Assembly: GCA_963708515.1 (NCBI GenBank)
Contig: CAVPSX010000012.1
Span: forward strand, 341,247-405,246
Source: an uncultured delta proteobacterium
GTDB taxonomy: Bacteria > Desulfobacterota > Syntrophia > Syntrophales > Fen-1087
Reading direction: 5' to 3'
Length of the DNA: 64,000 nucleotides
Shown piece by piece: positions 1 through 11,273 of this stretch (positions are counted from its first letter, which is position 1; the number at the start of each line of letters is the position of its first letter). The notes below the pieces were generated by a model. That model had not been told where the DNA came from, ran no database searches, and saw only the letters and a list, made by a program, of their open reading frames with translations. Position numbers and translations under genes: made by a program.

Positions 1-41
1 GCCGCGGAGGCCATTTATTGAAAGCATCTTTAAGGTTTTTT

Positions 42-1307
42 ATGCAACCCATCACTGCGGTAAGAGGGTTCAAGGATATCCTGCCTGAAGAAACGGGCAG
101 GTGGCAGTTTATTGAACGCCGGGCACGCGAGGTTTTTGCCGCTTTCGGTTTCCGGGAAATCAGAGTCCCGATTCTCGAAAAGACAGACCTGTTCACGCGC
201 GGAATCGGCGATACCACCGATATCGTTGAGAAAGAAATGTATACGTTTCTCGACCGGGGCGAGGAATCCCTGACGCTGCGGCCGGAGGCGACGGCCTCCG
301 TCATCCGCGCTTATCTGGAGCACAGCCTGCATGCAGTGGATCCCGTCGCCAAGCTTTATACGATGGGTCCCATGTTCCGGCGGGAACGACCGCAGAAAGG
401 CCGATTCCGGCAGTTTCATCAGATCAATGCGGAGCTGCTGGGACTTGACGATCCGAGGACGGATGCGGAAGTCATGCTCATGCTGATTCATTTCCTGAAA
501 TGCGTCGGCTTGTCGGAACCGGCCCTGGAAATCAACACGCTGGGCTGCTTTGACTGCCGCCCCGCCTTCCGGGAAGCCATCACGGGCTTTCTGAAAGGAA
601 AAGAAGGTCAGCTCTGCGATGACTGCCGGCGGCGTATCCATACCAACCCGCTGCGTGTTTTCGACTGTAAAAATGAGGGTTGCGCCGATGTGATCCACGA
701 GGCCCCCCGTCTTATCGCGTACATCTGCGATGCCTGCCGGGATCATTTTGAGCAGGTCCAGTCCAGCCTGAATCTTTTCAACCTGTCATTTGTGATCAAT
801 TCGCTGATGGTGCGCGGGCTTGATTACTATACGAGAACGGCATTTGAAGTGACGACTCAGTCTCTGGGGGCGCAGAATGCCATCGCGGGGGGCGGACGTT
901 ATGACGGGCTGGTCGGGGATCTCGGCGGACCGGATATCCCCGGCATTGGATTCGCGGTCGGCTTTGAGCGGCTGGTCGCCCTGCTCCCTGCGGATGCCGC
1001 ATCGTTCCATCAGAATCCTGATCTTTTTATTGCCGCCCTGGGCCCGGATGCCCAGAAGTATGCATTCGAGCTCTGCAACAGGCTCCGCATGAAGGGAATA
1101 TACACGGAAATGGATTATCTCGGCAAAAGCCTGAAAAGCCAGATGAAACGGGCCGACAAGCTCAAGTGCCAGCACGCGCTGATCGTGGGTGACCGCGAGT
1201 TGTCAACGGGCCGGCTGGAACTCAGAAATATGGAAACGAGCGCACAGGAAACCATCGATCTGGACGAAATCGAAAACATAATCGAAGCCAATATCAAAGC
1301 GAGGTAA
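42..1307 (+). CDS. hisS: Histidine--tRNA ligase
   Basis: The N-terminus reads MQPITAVRGFKDILPEE, with class II motifs (FRQFHQINAELLG; GGGRYDGL). The ORF track begins at TTG 18, but ATG 42 matches the canonical HisS N-terminus. Confidence 0.93.
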   Translation: MQPITAVRGFKDILPEETGRWQFIERRAREVFAAFGFREIRVPILEKTDLFTRGIGDTTDIVEKEMYTFLDRGEESLTLRPEATASVIRAYLEHSLHAVDPVAKLYTMGPMFRRERPQKGRFRQFHQINAELLGLDDPRTDAEVMLMLIHFLKCVGLSEPALEINTLGCFDCRPAFREAITGFLKGKEGQLCDDCRRRIHTNPLRVFDCKNEGCADVIHEAPRLIAYICDACRDHFEQVQSSLNLFNLSFVINSLMVRGLDYYTRTAFEVTTQSLGAQNAIAGGGRYDGLVGDLGGPDIPGIGFAVGFERLVALLPADAASFHQNPDLFIAALGPDAQKYAFELCNRLRMKGIYTEMDYLGKSLKSQMKRADKLKCQHALIVGDRELSTGRLELRNMETSAQETIDLDEIENIIEANIKAR

Positions 1308-1315
1308 ACTTTTAA

Positions 1316-3094
1316 GTGTCAGAATTTATTACCGTAAAGAAAAGAACCCATTACTGTGGCGTTCTTCGGGCGGCCGATGCCGGCAAGACGGTCATCCTGA
1401 TGGGCTGGGTGCAGCGCCGCCGGGACCACGGCGGCGTCATCTTTGTTGATTTGAGAGACCGAGAAGGCCTGATCCAGGTCGTCTTCAACCCGGAACTCAA
1501 CCCGGCCGTTCATCAGGAGGCGCATCGCATCCGGAGTGAATATGTCCTGGCCGTCCAGGGCAAGGTTCGCAAAAGACCGGAAGGCATGGAGAATCCGGAC
1601 CTGTCAACCGGCCAGATCGAGGTGATGATCGATGACCTGGAAATTCTCAATGAATCAAAAACGCCTCCGTTTGTCCTCGATGCGGAGGAAGAGATTTCCG
1701 AGAATGTCCGTTTGAAATACCGGTATCTGGACTTGAGACGCCCGGAGATTCAAAAAAAGATCATCCTGCGCAGCCAGGCCGCGACGGCCACGAGGGAATA
1801 TTTTCATGGCCAGGGATTCATCGAAATCGAAACGCCTTTTCTGACCAAGAGCACGCCGGAAGGGGCGCGGGATTATCTTGTCCCGAGCCGCATCCATCAA
1901 GGCATGTTCTACGCGCTGCCGCAATCTCCCCAGCTCTTCAAGCAATTGCTGATGGTGTCGGGATTTGACCGCTATTACCAGATCGTCAAATGCTTCCGCG
2001 ATGAAGACCTGCGGGCGGATCGTCAGCCCGAATTTACCCAGGTCGATTGCGAAATGTCTTTTATCGATGAGAACGATATCATCACCGTCATGGAGGGGTA
2101 CATGGCGCACCTGTTCCGGAGCTGCCTTGGTTTGACCCTGAAGACCCCCTTCCCCAGGATGGCCTATCGGGACGCCATGGAGTGTTTCGGAAAGGACAAC
2201 CCGGATACGCGCTTTGCCATGGAATTGAAGGACCTGACGGACATCGTGAAGGACTCCAAGTTTACGCTCTTTCAGGAAGTTGCCGGCGGCGGCGGCGTCA
2301 TCAAGGCACTTAAGATTGAAGACGGCAGAAAGCTCTCGCGCAAGGATCTGGATGGTCTCAAGGATTACGTGGCCACTTATGGCGCCAGGGGACTGGCCTG
2401 GGCGCGTGTCAATCCGGACGGATGGACCTCGCCGATTTTCAAATATCTCAAGCCGCTCGAAGTCGAGAAGATCAATGCGCGGCTCGAGGTTCAGGAAGGG
2501 GACCTGATGGTTTTCGTAGCGGATAAGCCGGGGATTGTACACGATTCTCTCGGCAATCTGAGAATCCACCTGGCCAGACAGCTGAACCTTATTGATCCGG
2601 CGGCCTTCGCCTTCACCTGGGTCACGGAATTTCCGCTGATGGAATACAGCGACGCGGATAAACGATTCGTTTCCATGCACCATCCTTTCACTTCTCCCGT
2701 GATGGCGGATATTGGGTTTCTCGAAGCAGATCCCGGCCGGGTCAGGGCCAGGGCTTATGATCTTATCCTCAACGGATCGGAAATCGGCGGCGGCAGCATC
2801 CGGATTCATTCGCAAAAGGTGCAGGCCATGATCTTCAAGGCTCTCGGACTCGGAGAGGATGAGGCGCGGACAAAGTTCGGTTTTCTGCTGGATGCCCTGG
2901 AATATGGTACGCCTCCCCACGGCGGCATTGCCTTCGGTTTCGATCGCCTGATCATGTTGATGGCCGGAGCGGATTCAATCCGGGATGTCATCGCCTTTCC
3001 AAAAACACAGAAGGCCGCCTGCCTGCTGATGGATGCCCCCTCAAAGGTCAGCATCGAACAATTACTGGAGCTTTCACTGAAAGTTGTTCAATAA
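1316..3094 (+). CDS. aspS: Aspartate--tRNA ligase
   Basis: 592 aa with a GTG start preceded by GAGG. It has an OB-fold N-terminus, class II motifs ([16 protein letters not shown]; [18 protein letters not shown]; GGGSIRIH; [13 protein letters not shown]) and a bacterial-type insertion domain. Confidence 0.95.
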   Translation: MSEFITVKKRTHYCGVLRAADAGKTVILMGWVQRRRDHGGVIFVDLRDREGLIQVVFNPELNPAVHQEAHRIRSEYVLAVQGKVRKRPEGMENPDLSTGQIEVMIDDLEILNESKTPPFVLDAEEEISENVRLKYRYLDLRRPEIQKKIILRSQAATATREYFHGQGFIEIETPFLTKSTPEGARDYLVPSRIHQGMFYALPQSPQLFKQLLMVSGFDRYYQIVKCFRDEDLRADRQPEFTQVDCEMSFIDENDIITVMEGYMAHLFRSCLGLTLKTPFPRMAYRDAMECFGKDNPDTRFAMELKDLTDIVKDSKFTLFQEVAGGGGVIKALKIEDGRKLSRKDLDGLKDYVATYGARGLAWARVNPDGWTSPIFKYLKPLEVEKINARLEVQEGDLMVFVADKPGIVHDSLGNLRIHLARQLNLIDPAAFAFTWVTEFPLMEYSDADKRFVSMHHPFTSPVMADIGFLEADPGRVRARAYDLILNGSEIGGGSIRIHSQKVQAMIFKALGLGEDEARTKFGFLLDALEYGTPPHGGIAFGFDRLIMLMAGADSIRDVIAFPKTQKAACLLMDAPSKVSIEQLLELSLKVVQ

Positions 3095-3180
3095 TAATGT
3101 CGGGCATGGAAGCCATTTTTCTATTGACATGGGGAAGTTAAAATGCCCTCTTTTGTTTACCGAAAATATGGAGCATGAAA

Positions 3181-5070
3181 ATGGCCAAATGGAACAAGAA
3201 CAAAAAAGTACTGGACCATGAGCATTCCCGTTTCTGGCAGTACGATCTGAAGGATATCGATCAGCCGAACCTGCAGAAGGATGTGTTTCCCTATGATGAG
3301 GTCAGCCGCATCGACTTCGATCATAAACTCATTCCTATTAATCCACCCGATGAAATCTTCATCACAGACACCACTTTCCGGGACGGTCAGCAGGCGCGGC
3401 CCCCGTATACGGTCAAACAGATCGTTGATTTATATACGTTCATGAGCAAATTGGGCGGTGATAACGGCGTGATCCGCCAGACGGAATTCTTCCTCTACAG
3501 CCAGAAGGACAAGGAGGCTGTCACCAGATGCCTGAGCCTGGGCTTGAGGTATCCGGAGGTGACCGGCTGGATCCGATCCACGCGGGAGGATGTAACTCTC
3601 GTCAAGGAGGCCGGCCTCAAGGAAACGGGCATTCTGACCTCCGTATCCGACTATCACATTTTCCTGAAGTTGAATCAGTCAAGGCGGCAGGTCATGGAGG
3701 ATTATCTCGATACGGTCCGCTCCATTCTTGATGCCGGGATCATTCCGCGCTGTCACTTCGAAGACGTTACGCGGGCCGACATTTACGGTTTTTGCATTCC
3801 CTTCGCCATTGAACTCATGAAGCTGTGCGCGGAAAGCGGCGTCGATATCAAGATCAGGCTCTGCGATACGATGGGATATGGCGTGACCTACCCGGGGGCG
3901 TCCCTGCCGCGCAGCGTTGATAAAATAATCCGCGCATTAATCGAGGAGGCGGGCGTTCCGGGTCATCTGTTGGAATGGCACGGCCACAACGACTTTCACA
4001 AGGCCCTGATCAACGCCACGAGCGCCTGGCTTTACGGCTGCAGCGGAGCCAACGGCACGCTGCTTGGTCTCGGGGAGCGGACCGGAAATCCGGCAGTGGA
4101 AGCCCTCATCATTGAGTACATCGGTCTTAAAGGTTCAACAAACGGCGTGGACACGACCGTCATCACGGACATTGCCCGCTACTTTGAGAAAGAGATCGGC
4201 TTCAAGATTCCCGCCAATTATCCTTTCGTGGGTGCGGATTTCAACGTGACGCGCGCAGGCATCCATGCCGACGGGCTCATCAAGTGCGAAGAGATCTATA
4301 ATATCTTTGATACCACCAAAATCCTGAAAAGACCCATCATACCCATGGTAACCGACAAATCCGGAAAGGCGGGCATTGCCTACTGGATCAACGGCCATCT
4401 GGGGTTGGCAGGCGATCATATGGTCGATAAGCGTCACCCCGGCATCTCAAAGATCCACAAATGGATCACCGAAGAGTATGAGTCCGGACGGGTAACGGGC
4501 ATTTCCAATGAAGAGATGGAAAAGCGCGTCCGTAAATATCTGCCCGAACTGTTCATGTCCAACCTGGAGAAGATCAAGCACATGGCTGCGCAAGCCGCCA
4601 TGACCGTGGTGAAGCAGGTCATCGAACACCCTGTCATGCGCAGTATGCAGCCGGATCTTCAGGAGCCCATCATGCTGCAGTGCATCGAGGAGAACCCGTC
4701 GATCCAATTTTCCTATGTTGTTGATATGAATGGCAAAAAAACAACGAGGAATATCACCAACATCGCCGACCGGGCGAAATATGAAAATTATGGCATTGGC
4801 ACCGATCAGTCGGATCGCGAGTGGTTTATCAAACCCCTGCAGACCGGCAAAATCCATGTTACCAATTTTTACATTTCCAAAATGACAGGCGCCCTTTGCA
4901 TCACCGTCTCCGCGCCCATTATGGACGACAAGGATGAAATGGTGGGTATCTTCGGCGTGGACATTAAGTTTGAGGACTGGGTGAAACGCGTCGAGGATAT
5001 TGCAGAAGCGACGCATATCGCCCTGCGGGAAGAGTATGAAAACAAGGAAAAGCGGGATCGCTGGTTGTAA
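3181..5070 (+). CDS. DRE-TIM metallolyase of the isopropylmalate/homocitrate/Re-citrate synthase family (Re-citrate-synthase-like), with a C-terminal Cache/PDC-like domain
   Basis: The catalytic motif is ITDTTFRDGQQ (F and Q where IPMS/HCS have L and E), with HGHNDF and GERTGN motifs and a long N-terminal extension. The C-terminal ~100 aa (DREWFIKPLQTGKIHVTNFYISKMTGALCITVSAPIMDDKDEMVGIFGVDIKFED) matches the Cache/PDC sensor signature. Start ATG 3181 has better GGAG spacing than ATG 3175. Confidence 0.7.
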   Translation: MAKWNKNKKVLDHEHSRFWQYDLKDIDQPNLQKDVFPYDEVSRIDFDHKLIPINPPDEIFITDTTFRDGQQARPPYTVKQIVDLYTFMSKLGGDNGVIRQTEFFLYSQKDKEAVTRCLSLGLRYPEVTGWIRSTREDVTLVKEAGLKETGILTSVSDYHIFLKLNQSRRQVMEDYLDTVRSILDAGIIPRCHFEDVTRADIYGFCIPFAIELMKLCAESGVDIKIRLCDTMGYGVTYPGASLPRSVDKIIRALIEEAGVPGHLLEWHGHNDFHKALINATSAWLYGCSGANGTLLGLGERTGNPAVEALIIEYIGLKGSTNGVDTTVITDIARYFEKEIGFKIPANYPFVGADFNVTRAGIHADGLIKCEEIYNIFDTTKILKRPIIPMVTDKSGKAGIAYWINGHLGLAGDHMVDKRHPGISKIHKWITEEYESGRVTGISNEEMEKRVRKYLPELFMSNLEKIKHMAAQAAMTVVKQVIEHPVMRSMQPDLQEPIMLQCIEENPSIQFSYVVDMNGKKTTRNITNIADRAKYENYGIGTDQSDREWFIKPLQTGKIHVTNFYISKMTGALCITVSAPIMDDKDEMVGIFGVDIKFEDWVKRVEDIAEATHIALREEYENKEKRDRWL

Positions 5071-5541
5071 CGAGAACGACAGGGCTGCAATCTGACAGGA
5101 TAAAATGAATCCTTTCAATTATTTGGACAATTTTATATCATATTTTACTTGACGTACCTGTTATTATGGGTTAGACAAGATAAATTGTCACCATGTCAAC
5201 ACAGACGGAGTAATTCATGAGCATGTGGCTTGGGAAATAATATAGCGACTTTGCCATGACATTGTTTGGAGGATAGAGAAGGACCGTTTTAAAAAATTTG
5301 ATATTTGTGTTGAATACGTCGGCTTTTCATTTTACCTGTGCTTTTCTCATTTACGCTCGTCTTATTCCTTGCCTGACCCTTTTTTCCTTTTCCCCCGGTA
5401 AGAATTATCTTCAGAAAGTCCGGGAAAGACTGTTCAACGCGAAAATAGACGATTGATAATTGTTATTATATATTTACAAAGCTTTACAGGCCAGGATTCT
5501 TAAGATTTGTGATGAATCCATGGCAATGGGAGGTAAAAGAA

Positions 5542-6201
5542 ATGCCACTTGTCATAAAATGGGAACAGGATACGTCAAAGATAATGCGATCGGCCGTCCT
5601 GTGGTTGACCCTTTTTGTCGTATTGCTGTTCATCGGAAGTCCAATGATCATTTCCGCCAAGCATCGACTGCAGGATTTGACGTCGGCATCCGACTTTCTG
5701 AAACAGCATGAAAACTACTGGCAGAAGAAACGTATTTTAAAGGTCCTCGGTCAAGCCGATCTGACACAAGGGCATGCGAAGACCATTGCCCGGGCCGTCA
5801 TTGAGGAATCCGGGAAGCACGACATCCCGGTTTCACTGTTTCTGGCGATCATGAAAAAGGAAAGTAATTTTAAGGTCCACGCCCGGTCACCGGTCAACGC
5901 CATGGGGATCATGCAGATCCACCCCGTCACATGGGACGCCTACACTAAGAAACTAAATCTCGACGTCTCAAGGAAGCATGCCTTTGAGCCTGCCCTAAAC
6001 ATCATGGTTTCTGCAGCCCTTATAAGCGACCTCAGGGATCGGTACACGAAAATGGGGCTCGAGGAAACGATTCTCTGGGATTACATTCTGGCGGCCTATT
6101 ATGCGGGTGGCGAATCACTCAAAAGTGGCCTTAAGAAGAACCACAAATACTATGTGAAAAAGGTCAGGGAATATGATGATCAGATCAGCAGCACCATTTA
6201 A
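5542..6201 (+). CDS. Lytic transglycosylase (SLT domain), membrane-anchored or secreted
   Basis: SLT catalytic motif KKESNF...AMGIMQI, followed by AAYYAG. There is an N-terminal hydrophobic segment (AVLWLTLFVVLLFIGS). GGGAGG lies 8 nt upstream of ATG 5542. Confidence 0.8.
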   Translation: MPLVIKWEQDTSKIMRSAVLWLTLFVVLLFIGSPMIISAKHRLQDLTSASDFLKQHENYWQKKRILKVLGQADLTQGHAKTIARAVIEESGKHDIPVSLFLAIMKKESNFKVHARSPVNAMGIMQIHPVTWDAYTKKLNLDVSRKHAFEPALNIMVSAALISDLRDRYTKMGLEETILWDYILAAYYAGGESLKSGLKKNHKYYVKKVREYDDQISSTI

Positions 6202-6396
6202 TGCCCGATTTCGGGCAACGGAATCATCCTTCCAAGGATATTCTTCCGACTTAGCCGGCCTACCACAGCTTTTTTCTTTTTTATTTATCTGAAATACGTT
6301 AGCATCTCTTCCACGGCATGATCTGATCCGTGATTCCATGAAAGTCCATCCACGATACGAAAAACCGAGTAGATCATCTTCCAAGGGAGGTCGTTT

Positions 6397-7770
6397 ATGA
6401 CTGACATTCTGTTATTTATGATCATTGCCCTGCTTCTCGTCGTTGCGGTCCTGCTGTTTTTCGTCCTGAAGCAGTCCTACCAGACCGATGCTTCGCTGCT
6501 TGCCCCTCGTCTGCTTGCCTTCGAAAAGGCGCAGGAACGTATCGAGCATACGCTCCGGGAAGAATTGGCATTAGGCAGGGACGAAACGGGCAAGGTGGCC
6601 AGAGAGCAACGGCAGGAACTCGCATCGGGCGCCAAACAACTGCGCGAAGAAATCGTGACGACGCTCAAGAGCATCTCCGAGACGATGGCCAGGACCATGG
6701 GCGAGTTGGCCAATCTTCAGAAAGCCCAGCTTGAGGCCATGTCGACCGTGATCGGGAAGCTTTCGGATTCAAATGAGAAGAAACTGGAGGCTCTGAGGGT
6801 CACAGTGGAAGATAAGCTCCAGAACATGCAGACCGACAACGCCAGGCAGCTTGAACAAATGCGTCAGACCGTGGACGAGAAACTCCAGGGAACACTGGAA
6901 AAGCGCCTGGGCGAATCCTTCCGGCAAGTCAGCGAACGTCTGGAGCTGGTGCACAGGGGACTCGGCGAGATGCAGACGCTTGCCACGGGCGTCGGCGACC
7001 TAAAAAAGGTGCTCACCAATGTCAAGACGCGCGGCACATGGGGGGAGGTGCAGCTCGGGGCGCTGTTGACGCAGGTGCTCAATCCTGATCAGTTCGCTGC
7101 CAATGTGGCCACGAAGGACGGTGGTGAACGCGTTGAGTTTGCCATCAAATTGCCGGGACAGGGAACTGACGGAGATGAGATCGTCTGGCTCCCGATTGAC
7201 GCCAAGTTCCCTGTCGAAGACTATCAACGGCTGCTCGAGGCGCAGGAAAGAGCCGACAGCGAAGGCGTTGAGGTGGCCGGAAAACAGTTGGAAAACCGTA
7301 TCAAGGCCTGTGCATGGGACATCTGCGGCAAGTACCTGAACCCGCCAAAGACGACGGATTTCGGCATTCTGTTCCTGCCGATAGAAGGCCTCTTTGCGGA
7401 AGTTATCCGCCGGACAGGCTTGACCGATGCTCTCCAGCGAGAGTGCCGCGTGGTCATTGCCGGCCCGACCACCTTATGGTCGATTCTAAACAGCCTCCAG
7501 ATGGGTTTTCGCACGCTTGCCATCCAGCAGCGTTCCAGCGAGGTCTGGAACCTCCTTGCCGCGGTCAAAGCCGAGTGGACAAAATACGGCGATGTTCTGG
7601 ACACCGTCCAGAAGAAACTGAATCAGGCATCAGACACCATCGATAAGGCCAAAATGAGGTCAAGGGCCGTTGGAAGAAAGCTCAAGGACGTGCAGGAACT
7701 ACCCTCCGGTGAGGCTGCCGCCTTGCTGTCCCTTGATGCGCCGGAAGATGATGGAGTGGCAACGCGATGA
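6397..7770 (+). CDS. rmuC: DNA recombination protein RmuC
   Basis: N-terminal TM helix, a long coiled coil, and a C-terminal RmuC nuclease-like region (VEFAIKLPG...WLPIDAKFPVEDY; FLPIEGLF). A GGGAGG RBS is present. Confidence 0.85.
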   Translation: MTDILLFMIIALLLVVAVLLFFVLKQSYQTDASLLAPRLLAFEKAQERIEHTLREELALGRDETGKVAREQRQELASGAKQLREEIVTTLKSISETMARTMGELANLQKAQLEAMSTVIGKLSDSNEKKLEALRVTVEDKLQNMQTDNARQLEQMRQTVDEKLQGTLEKRLGESFRQVSERLELVHRGLGEMQTLATGVGDLKKVLTNVKTRGTWGEVQLGALLTQVLNPDQFAANVATKDGGERVEFAIKLPGQGTDGDEIVWLPIDAKFPVEDYQRLLEAQERADSEGVEVAGKQLENRIKACAWDICGKYLNPPKTTDFGILFLPIEGLFAEVIRRTGLTDALQRECRVVIAGPTTLWSILNSLQMGFRTLAIQQRSSEVWNLLAAVKAEWTKYGDVLDTVQKKLNQASDTIDKAKMRSRAVGRKLKDVQELPSGEAAALLSLDAPEDDGVATR

Positions 7771-10700
7771 AAGATCAATCCAAGACAAAGCAGGCGCTGG
7801 TCCAGGAACTGGCTTCTCTGAGACGGAGAGTCGCAGACCTTGAAAAAATGGAAGCTGACAAAGATGTCATCATACACAGGGACGCCGAAAAAGCGCTCAG
7901 TGAAAGCGAAGAGCTGTACCGCACGCTGGTTGAAACATCACCCGATGCGATCCTCATGTATGCCCTGGACGGAACGATTCTTACGGTCAACAACCAGCTT
8001 GTCGTACGATATGGCGCAGCCAGCGCTGCCGAGTTTCATGCCGAGGTCAAGACCGTCTTCGATCTTCTCGACGAGCTTGACCAGACAACCACGTCAGCCA
8101 ATTTTCGGCGGACGATGATACAGGGGGGATCGCGAAAAATCGAGTATCGGGTGCGCCTGCGCGATGGACAATCTATCTCCGTGGAAACTAATTCATCCGT
8201 TGTAAGGACAGCGGACGGCAAGCCGAGGGCGTTCATCAGCGTGGTCAGGGACATTACCGACCGTAAACAGATGGAGAAAATTCTCCATGACAACAAGGAA
8301 AGGTACCGAAATATCTTCGAGAATGCCAACGAAGCCATATTTGTTGCACAGGACGGAAGGCTGGTCTTTCTCAACCCGATGACCGCCATGATGAGCGGCT
8401 ATTCCGCTGAGGATCTCATGTCAAAGCCATTTATTGAATTCATTCATCCCAACGACCGGGATATGGTGATCGACAGGCATATTAGAAGAATGAAAGGTGA
8501 AAAGATTTCTCACCGTTATGCTTTTCGGATTATTAATAGAGATGGTGACTCCAAGTGGATGGAACTCAATGCCGTCCTGATAAACTGGGAGGGGAGAGCA
8601 GCCACTCTGAATTTTATGAGCGACATCACCGACCGCAAGCGGATGGAGGAAGCGCTACGGGAGGGTGAGGAACGCTTCCGTTCGTTGATCCAGAGTTTAT
8701 CGGATATGATATTCATCATCGACCTCAGCGGCCAAATCACCTATGAGTCTCCTTCCGTGTCGCGGATTCTGGGCTACGAACCCGGCTATTTTATCAGCAA
8801 GTCACCATTTATTCATATTCATCCCGATGACCTTGATCAGGTTGCGAAAGAACTCGACGAGGTCTTTCGATCAGTCAATCCAGGCCTGCCGACGGCGTTA
8901 AGATATCAAAAAGCGGATAACACATGGATTTATCTGGAAGCCCTCGGAAGCAACCATTATGATAACCCGGGCATTCATGGTGTTGTGATCACGGCACGGG
9001 ACATCACCGAGCGTAAATGGGCAGACGCGGCCCTCAGAAAATCAGAGGCTGAGAAAACGGTCATTCTCGAGAGCGTCTCGGATATGATCTTATATATCGA
9101 TAGAGACATGCGGGTCATTTATTCCAACCTCGCCATGGAAAAGTTCTTCAATTTGCATACCGGTTGTTTAGTGGGCAAAGCCTGCCATCATGCCCTCCAT
9201 CATCTCGATACCCCCTGTTCCATCTGCCCTGCTATCATAGCGATGGAAACAGGAAAACCTCATGGGGTTTTCACATCGTCCCTCGGAAGACACTGGCGCT
9301 TGAATGCTTATCCCGTCAGAGACGAAAGCGGTACGATCGTTGGCGCCATCGAGGCCGTCTCAGATATCACGGACTTGCGGAATGCGGAAGAAAAATACCG
9401 GTCGATCTTTAATAATGCCATGGAAGGGATTTACCAGTCGACCTGCGATGGTCGCCTTATCAGCGTCAATCCCGCTCTGGCCAAGATATTTGGTTATGAG
9501 TCCCCCGAAATCATGATGAGCGAAGTGACAAATGTCATGCAGAGTCTCTACGCTGATCCGGAAAAACGGCAAGAGTTCATGCGACTGGTTGAACAGCATG
9601 AAATCGTGAGAAACTTCGAATTTGAGGGATTGAAAAAAGATTCAGAGCGTATTTATGTTTCCGACACCGCCCGTGCGGTCAAGGACAGCAAAGGGAATAC
9701 GATATACTATGAAGGCATTATTCAAGACATCACAGAGCGCAAGCGTTCAGTGGAGGCGCTGCAGCTCAGCGAGGAGCGCTTTCGGGCTTTAAGTGAGAAC
9801 GCACCGGATATTATCTATACCATGAATCCTGATGGAGCCATCTCTTATGTGAATCCGTCGTGGAAAAGGATTTTGGGGCATGATAAAGAAGAAATACGGG
9901 GTTTTTACTTCACCGATTTTGCCAGAGAGGAGGACAGGAGGACCTACCGGAAGCTGTTCAAAAGCATTCGGGACGAGGGAAAGATCGTCAGTAATTACAT
10001 CGGGATTATGATGACCAAGGACGGCGCGGAAAAGGTGTTCAATATGAACAGTGCCTTCAATCGGGATGCGGAAGGTCGTATCATCAGTGTTGTAGGCACC
10101 ATGACGGACGTCACGGACCAAAAAGAAATTGAGAAAAAGCTCCAGCAGGCACAGAAGTTGGAGGCGATCGGGACGCTGGCCGGGGGTATCGCACATGATT
10201 TCAACAATCTGCTGATGGGGATCCAGGGTTATGCCTCACTGACATTGCTGGATCTCGAGCCATCTCATCCCCATTATACGCGCCTGAAGCAGATCGAGCA
10301 GCAGGTGCAAAGCGGCGCCGATCTGACGAAGCAGCTTTTGGGATTTGCCCGGGGCGGGAGATATGAAGCCAAGCCCACGGATATGAATGAGATTGTCGAC
10401 CGGACGGCTGCCATGTTCGGCCGGACGAAGAAGGAAATTGCCCTTCAGCGGAGTCTGGATAAGGATCTCTGGACGGTAGATGTCGATCAGGGGCAGATGG
10501 AACAAGTATTCATGAATCTTTATGTGAATGCCTGGCAGGCCATGCCCGGAGGCGGTGTGCTTTATCTTCAGACGATCAATTTCCTGCTGGAGGGTGACCG
10601 ATTGATGTCCCATACGATCATGCCGGGAAGATATGTGAAGGTATCGATCACCGATACGGGTTCAGGGATGGACGAGAAGACCCGGGAGCGGATATTCGAT

Positions 10701-11273
10701 CCTTTTTTCACGACCAAGGCCATGGGACGGGGGACGGGATTGGGTCTGGCGATGGTTTACGGGATCATCAAGGGACACGGGGGCATGATTGACGTGACCA
10801 GTGAGCCCGGCCAGGGGACGACTTTTGATATCTATCTGCCGGCAATGGATAAGCCAATCGATAAGGGGAAGTCAGTTGCCGTTGAAATTTTGACGGGGAC
10901 GGAGACGGTGCTCCTCGTGGATGACGAGCAGATGGTTCTGGAGGTTACGAAGGAACTACTGGAATCCCTGGGATATCGGGTTCACGCGGCCGGCAGCGGT
11001 CAGGAGGCGATCGCCGTTTATCTGGAAAAGCGAAAGGAGATCGATTTGGTCATTCTGGACATGACCATGCCGGGTCTATCGGGTGGGGAAACTTTTGACC
11101 GCCTGCGGGAGATCGATCCGGAGATCCGAGTTCTTCTGTCCAGCGGCTACAGCATCGACGGTCAAGCACAGCAAATCCTGGAACGGGGCTGCAACGGCTT
11201 CCTCCAGAAACCCTTTCAACTGGGAAGACTATCACAAAAGGTACGGGACGTTCTCAGCGAGGAAGGGCCTTAA
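7767..11273 (+). CDS. Hybrid sensor histidine kinase (about six PAS domains, HisKA, HATPase and a C-terminal receiver)
   Basis: PAS starts of the form E(E)RYR..FEN/..SPD recur six times. The H-box is [11 protein letters not shown], with G-boxes DTGSGM and GTGLGL. The receiver reads VLLVDDE...[14 protein letters not shown]...LLSSGY. The start overlaps the rmuC stop (ATGA). Confidence 0.9.
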   Translation: MKDQSKTKQALVQELASLRRRVADLEKMEADKDVIIHRDAEKALSESEELYRTLVETSPDAILMYALDGTILTVNNQLVVRYGAASAAEFHAEVKTVFDLLDELDQTTTSANFRRTMIQGGSRKIEYRVRLRDGQSISVETNSSVVRTADGKPRAFISVVRDITDRKQMEKILHDNKERYRNIFENANEAIFVAQDGRLVFLNPMTAMMSGYSAEDLMSKPFIEFIHPNDRDMVIDRHIRRMKGEKISHRYAFRIINRDGDSKWMELNAVLINWEGRAATLNFMSDITDRKRMEEALREGEERFRSLIQSLSDMIFIIDLSGQITYESPSVSRILGYEPGYFISKSPFIHIHPDDLDQVAKELDEVFRSVNPGLPTALRYQKADNTWIYLEALGSNHYDNPGIHGVVITARDITERKWADAALRKSEAEKTVILESVSDMILYIDRDMRVIYSNLAMEKFFNLHTGCLVGKACHHALHHLDTPCSICPAIIAMETGKPHGVFTSSLGRHWRLNAYPVRDESGTIVGAIEAVSDITDLRNAEEKYRSIFNNAMEGIYQSTCDGRLISVNPALAKIFGYESPEIMMSEVTNVMQSLYADPEKRQEFMRLVEQHEIVRNFEFEGLKKDSERIYVSDTARAVKDSKGNTIYYEGIIQDITERKRSVEALQLSEERFRALSENAPDIIYTMNPDGAISYVNPSWKRILGHDKEEIRGFYFTDFAREEDRRTYRKLFKSIRDEGKIVSNYIGIMMTKDGAEKVFNMNSAFNRDAEGRIISVVGTMTDVTDQKEIEKKLQQAQKLEAIGTLAGGIAHDFNNLLMGIQGYASLTLLDLEPSHPHYTRLKQIEQQVQSGADLTKQLLGFARGGRYEAKPTDMNEIVDRTAAMFGRTKKEIALQRSLDKDLWTVDVDQGQMEQVFMNLYVNAWQAMPGGGVLYLQTINFLLEGDRLMSHTIMPGRYVKVSITDTGSGMDEKTRERIFDPFFTTKAMGRGTGLGLAMVYGIIKGHGGMIDVTSEPGQGTTFDIYLPAMDKPIDKGKSVAVEILTGTETVLLVDDEQMVLEVTKELLESLGYRVHAAGSGQEAIAVYLEKRKEIDLVILDMTMPGLSGGETFDRLREIDPEIRVLLSSGYSIDGQAQQILERGCNGFLQKPFQLGRLSQKVRDVLSEEGP

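Noticed and set aside
1655-2920. Long antisense ORFs opposite well-supported genes (for example 30-746, 1655-2920, 15491-16168, 16690-17505, 17506-18285, 19547-20614, 36539-37747, 43334-44026, 45197-45880, 54539-55075, 58628-59530, 62254-62868).
   Set aside because: Each lies fully inside a gene with clear family motifs on the other strand. Their translations are Arg/Gly/Pro/His-rich and low-complexity, as expected for shadow ORFs in GC-rich DNA, and none has an RBS or a recognisable domain.
5460-5711. ORF 5460-5711 and the 5509 start of the SLT gene.
   Set aside because: The 83-aa ORF overlaps the SLT gene in another frame without support. For the SLT gene, GGGAGG is correctly spaced only for ATG 5542.
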